From Oopsacas minuta (taxonomy: Eukaryota; Animalia; Porifera): a stretch of DNA of 64,000 bases. A program made the translations under genes and the position numbers. The stretch covers positions 1-64,000 of the forward strand of contig JAKMXF010000353.1 of NCBI GenBank assembly GCA_024704765.1. The letters run 5' to 3'. Positions 62,901 to 64,000 of this stretch are shown here, one piece after another. Each line of letters opens with the position of its first letter. Within the stretch, counting starts at the first letter, position 1. The notes beneath the pieces were generated by a model, which saw only the letters and a program-made list of their open reading frames with translations, was not told the DNA's origin and did no database searches.

Positions 62901-64000
62901 TTTGTTCAAATATTCAAGGCTACATGGCGTCATTGAACTTACGCGACACATCACAGCCTCTGAAAAGTGGCACTAGTCTAATAGTCTGCATTTTGTTCCA
63001 CAATAATTCCTAGAAAATTGTGTCGGTATCCACCACTTAAGTGTCACAATTTATCCATTTTTATTAATTTACATATGTAGGCGATTATTGACAAATCTCC
63101 CCGAGAACCTCAAAGAGAGGTCTCAGAGCCCCCCGTAAATCTACACCAATGTTTAGATGCCTTTTCAAGAGAGGAGGAGTTAGGGGGAGATGAAATGTGG
63201 TAAGTTCAGACACCCTTGCTAATTTTATAATTGAATTAACTATATAAGGCCCTGTTAATAAGAATCTTGTTTCATCTCCGTATGACATCCCTCTAAGCAT
63301 GCAGGGGAGGAAGCATTCCATATTTCATTATTTATGACGTCCTCATAAGATAAAGTGTCCAATTCATGGAAATATTTCAATGAAACAAATTCCAACTAAC
63401 AGCAGCCTTATATACGTATTTTCACACCTGTATATTAGGTATTGTAAGAAATGTGAAGACCTACGATCAGCTACTAAGAAATTAGAGATATTCAGATTAC
63501 CCCCATTTCTTGTGAGTTAATTTAATAATACGATAAAAGGAGTACATAACACCTTCTAAAGGGGTGTCTTGGGACCCGAATATGGTAGCCTCCACAACCG
63601 GTGCCTCTGGAAACGGGGGAACTTCTGGAACGAAGTTAAAATCAATACAGCCAACTCCTAATTTCATACAAATGAACCTTCACAAACCGGGTTACATTGT
63701 GTGTACATACTTAGATTACTGTGGGCCCTCTCTAATTGTCCACTTCGAACCCCATTGTCTACTGATAGACAATTAGAGAGGACCCACTGCTTGTATAATT
63801 GTCGGTAACACACCGCTGGGTGTCAAATGTGATAGTTATATGATTATTTAAAATATAGATAATTCACTTGAAAAGATTTCAATTCTCCAACGGACGTTGG
63901 GCCAAATCTCAAATTCCAGTAACTTTCCCGTTTGAGAATCTCCAACCAGTACCAAATGATGGAGAACAAGCTAATGCACCCCAGCAACCAAACTCTGAGA
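50997..64000 (+). CDS. USP32: Ubiquitin carboxyl-terminal hydrolase 32 (EF-hands, DUSP, UBL, USP catalytic domain), multi-exon, runs off the right edge
   Basis: N-terminus [18 protein letters not shown]; EF-hands ([21 protein letters not shown]); DUSP ([15 protein letters not shown]); [13 protein letters not shown]; Cys box [20 protein letters not shown]; [20 protein letters not shown]; [13 protein letters not shown]; [11 protein letters not shown]...WYCKKC...[21 protein letters not shown]. Confidence 0.93.
51356..51487. repeat. 44-bp tandem repeat x3 in a USP32 intron
   Basis: ATGAATACCAAAAGCA(C/T)GTAATCCTATTGG(T/C)CCAATACATACCA three times head-to-tail, with no spacers. Confidence 0.97.
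57152..58381 (-). CDS. Intronless coiled-coil + NHL-repeat protein, copy C; start codon position reads TTG; nested antisense in a USP32 intron
   Basis: Open 409-codon frame with six NHL blades, ending ...[15 protein letters not shown]. The position equivalent to copy A's ATG (58379-58381) is TTG; the next in-frame ATG is at 58210. Host intron is 57041..59313. Confidence 0.88.
   Translation of the reverse strand: MAERYPVAPQVVDPIETHINYTIDGLIGLLNVRRVQLLEKVRNIREEKRASEIARKQMIDQLTEAQVHVQEDLRENPLQSMQERIIQEMEDKLQDLQNNIPVETQLKWKCDTRDLETSISHLGEIVQVPVGVPDYAKFQTSTVATGMRGTDPGELNGPCGVAIHEDTHQIFVANYGNNRVEIFSDTGEYLNQLGVGQLYTPYGITIHRENVYVSCWGDHTINQLTLTDMSIVRKIGGKGSNNGQFNQPFQLTTDPIGHVFIADTDNNRISIHDTDLNHLRNITHQSMSGPVDVKVSRDRVYVLCLYNNPCMHVLTLEGDKLHSLITKGQGMDVLCAVFFCLDPLNNFVISDYRSHSIRVFSPEGNLLHTIGTEGHQQGMLYVPQGIAITPNGRLVSVSQNENYPLQIYY
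60590..60722. mobile_element. MITE family A copy (USP32 intron)
   Basis: cagtcaactccggttatatc...gatatgacaggtgttgactg terminal inverted repeats. Confidence 0.8.
61732..62343 (-). CDS. RAB1A: Ras-related GTPase Rab1, intronless, nested antisense in a USP32 intron
   Basis: 203 aa: [58 protein letters not shown] and a C-terminal CC. Host intron is 61235..63080. Confidence 0.97.
   Translation of the reverse strand: MSGEYDYLFKVLLIGDSGVGKSSLLLRFADDTFSDSYISTIGVDFKIKTLTLDNKTVKLQIWDTAGQERFRTITSSYYRGAHGIIVVYDVTDRESFDNVKHWLLEINKYASNQVQRLLVGNKSDLVNQKVVDYTTSKEYAESLKVAFLETSAKGATNVEQAFVMMASEIKSHLSVETQPSAPKKENFIDPGKKVGIEKSTGCC

Noticed and set aside
1-64000. Prokaryotic or viral origin, rRNA or tRNA genes
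   Set aside because: GT-AG introns and metazoan gene families occur throughout, and no rRNA or tRNA-like sequence was recognised.

Overview
This is AT-rich, intron-containing eukaryotic (animal) genomic DNA with a very compact gene layout. My best guess, by inference only, is a glass-sponge-like early-branching metazoan. Genes recognised: eIF5B, LARP1, a glutaredoxin-DEP-DUF547 protein, a FYVE/PH-like protein, EME1, NXT1, four dynein light chain LC8 paralogues, TSNAXIP1, a bZIP ORF, a Tec-family tyrosine kinase, a TACC-domain protein, NDUFB7, USP32 (running off the right edge), Rab1, and three intronless coiled-coil+NHL beta-propeller genes. About eight genes lie inside introns of five host genes. 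The most striking observation is a pair of near-identical NHL genes (1..1019 and 57152..58381). Their upstream DNA and coiled-coil region are about 99% identical. All 21 nucleotide differences in the visible propeller fall in codons that change the amino acid, several codons differ at 2-3 positions, and most changes sit at equivalent top-face loop positions of successive blades. This pattern suggests a diversified ligand-binding receptor family. Other notable signals are a strand-biased intronic half-palindrome motif (TTTTCACACCTTTT), splice-acceptor-like TAG sites 0-9 nt before many start codons (possible spliced-leader trans-splicing), a 77-bp conversion-like tract between two LC8 paralogues, and several MITE families. 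Exon boundaries and difference counts were read by eye and may be off by a few bases.
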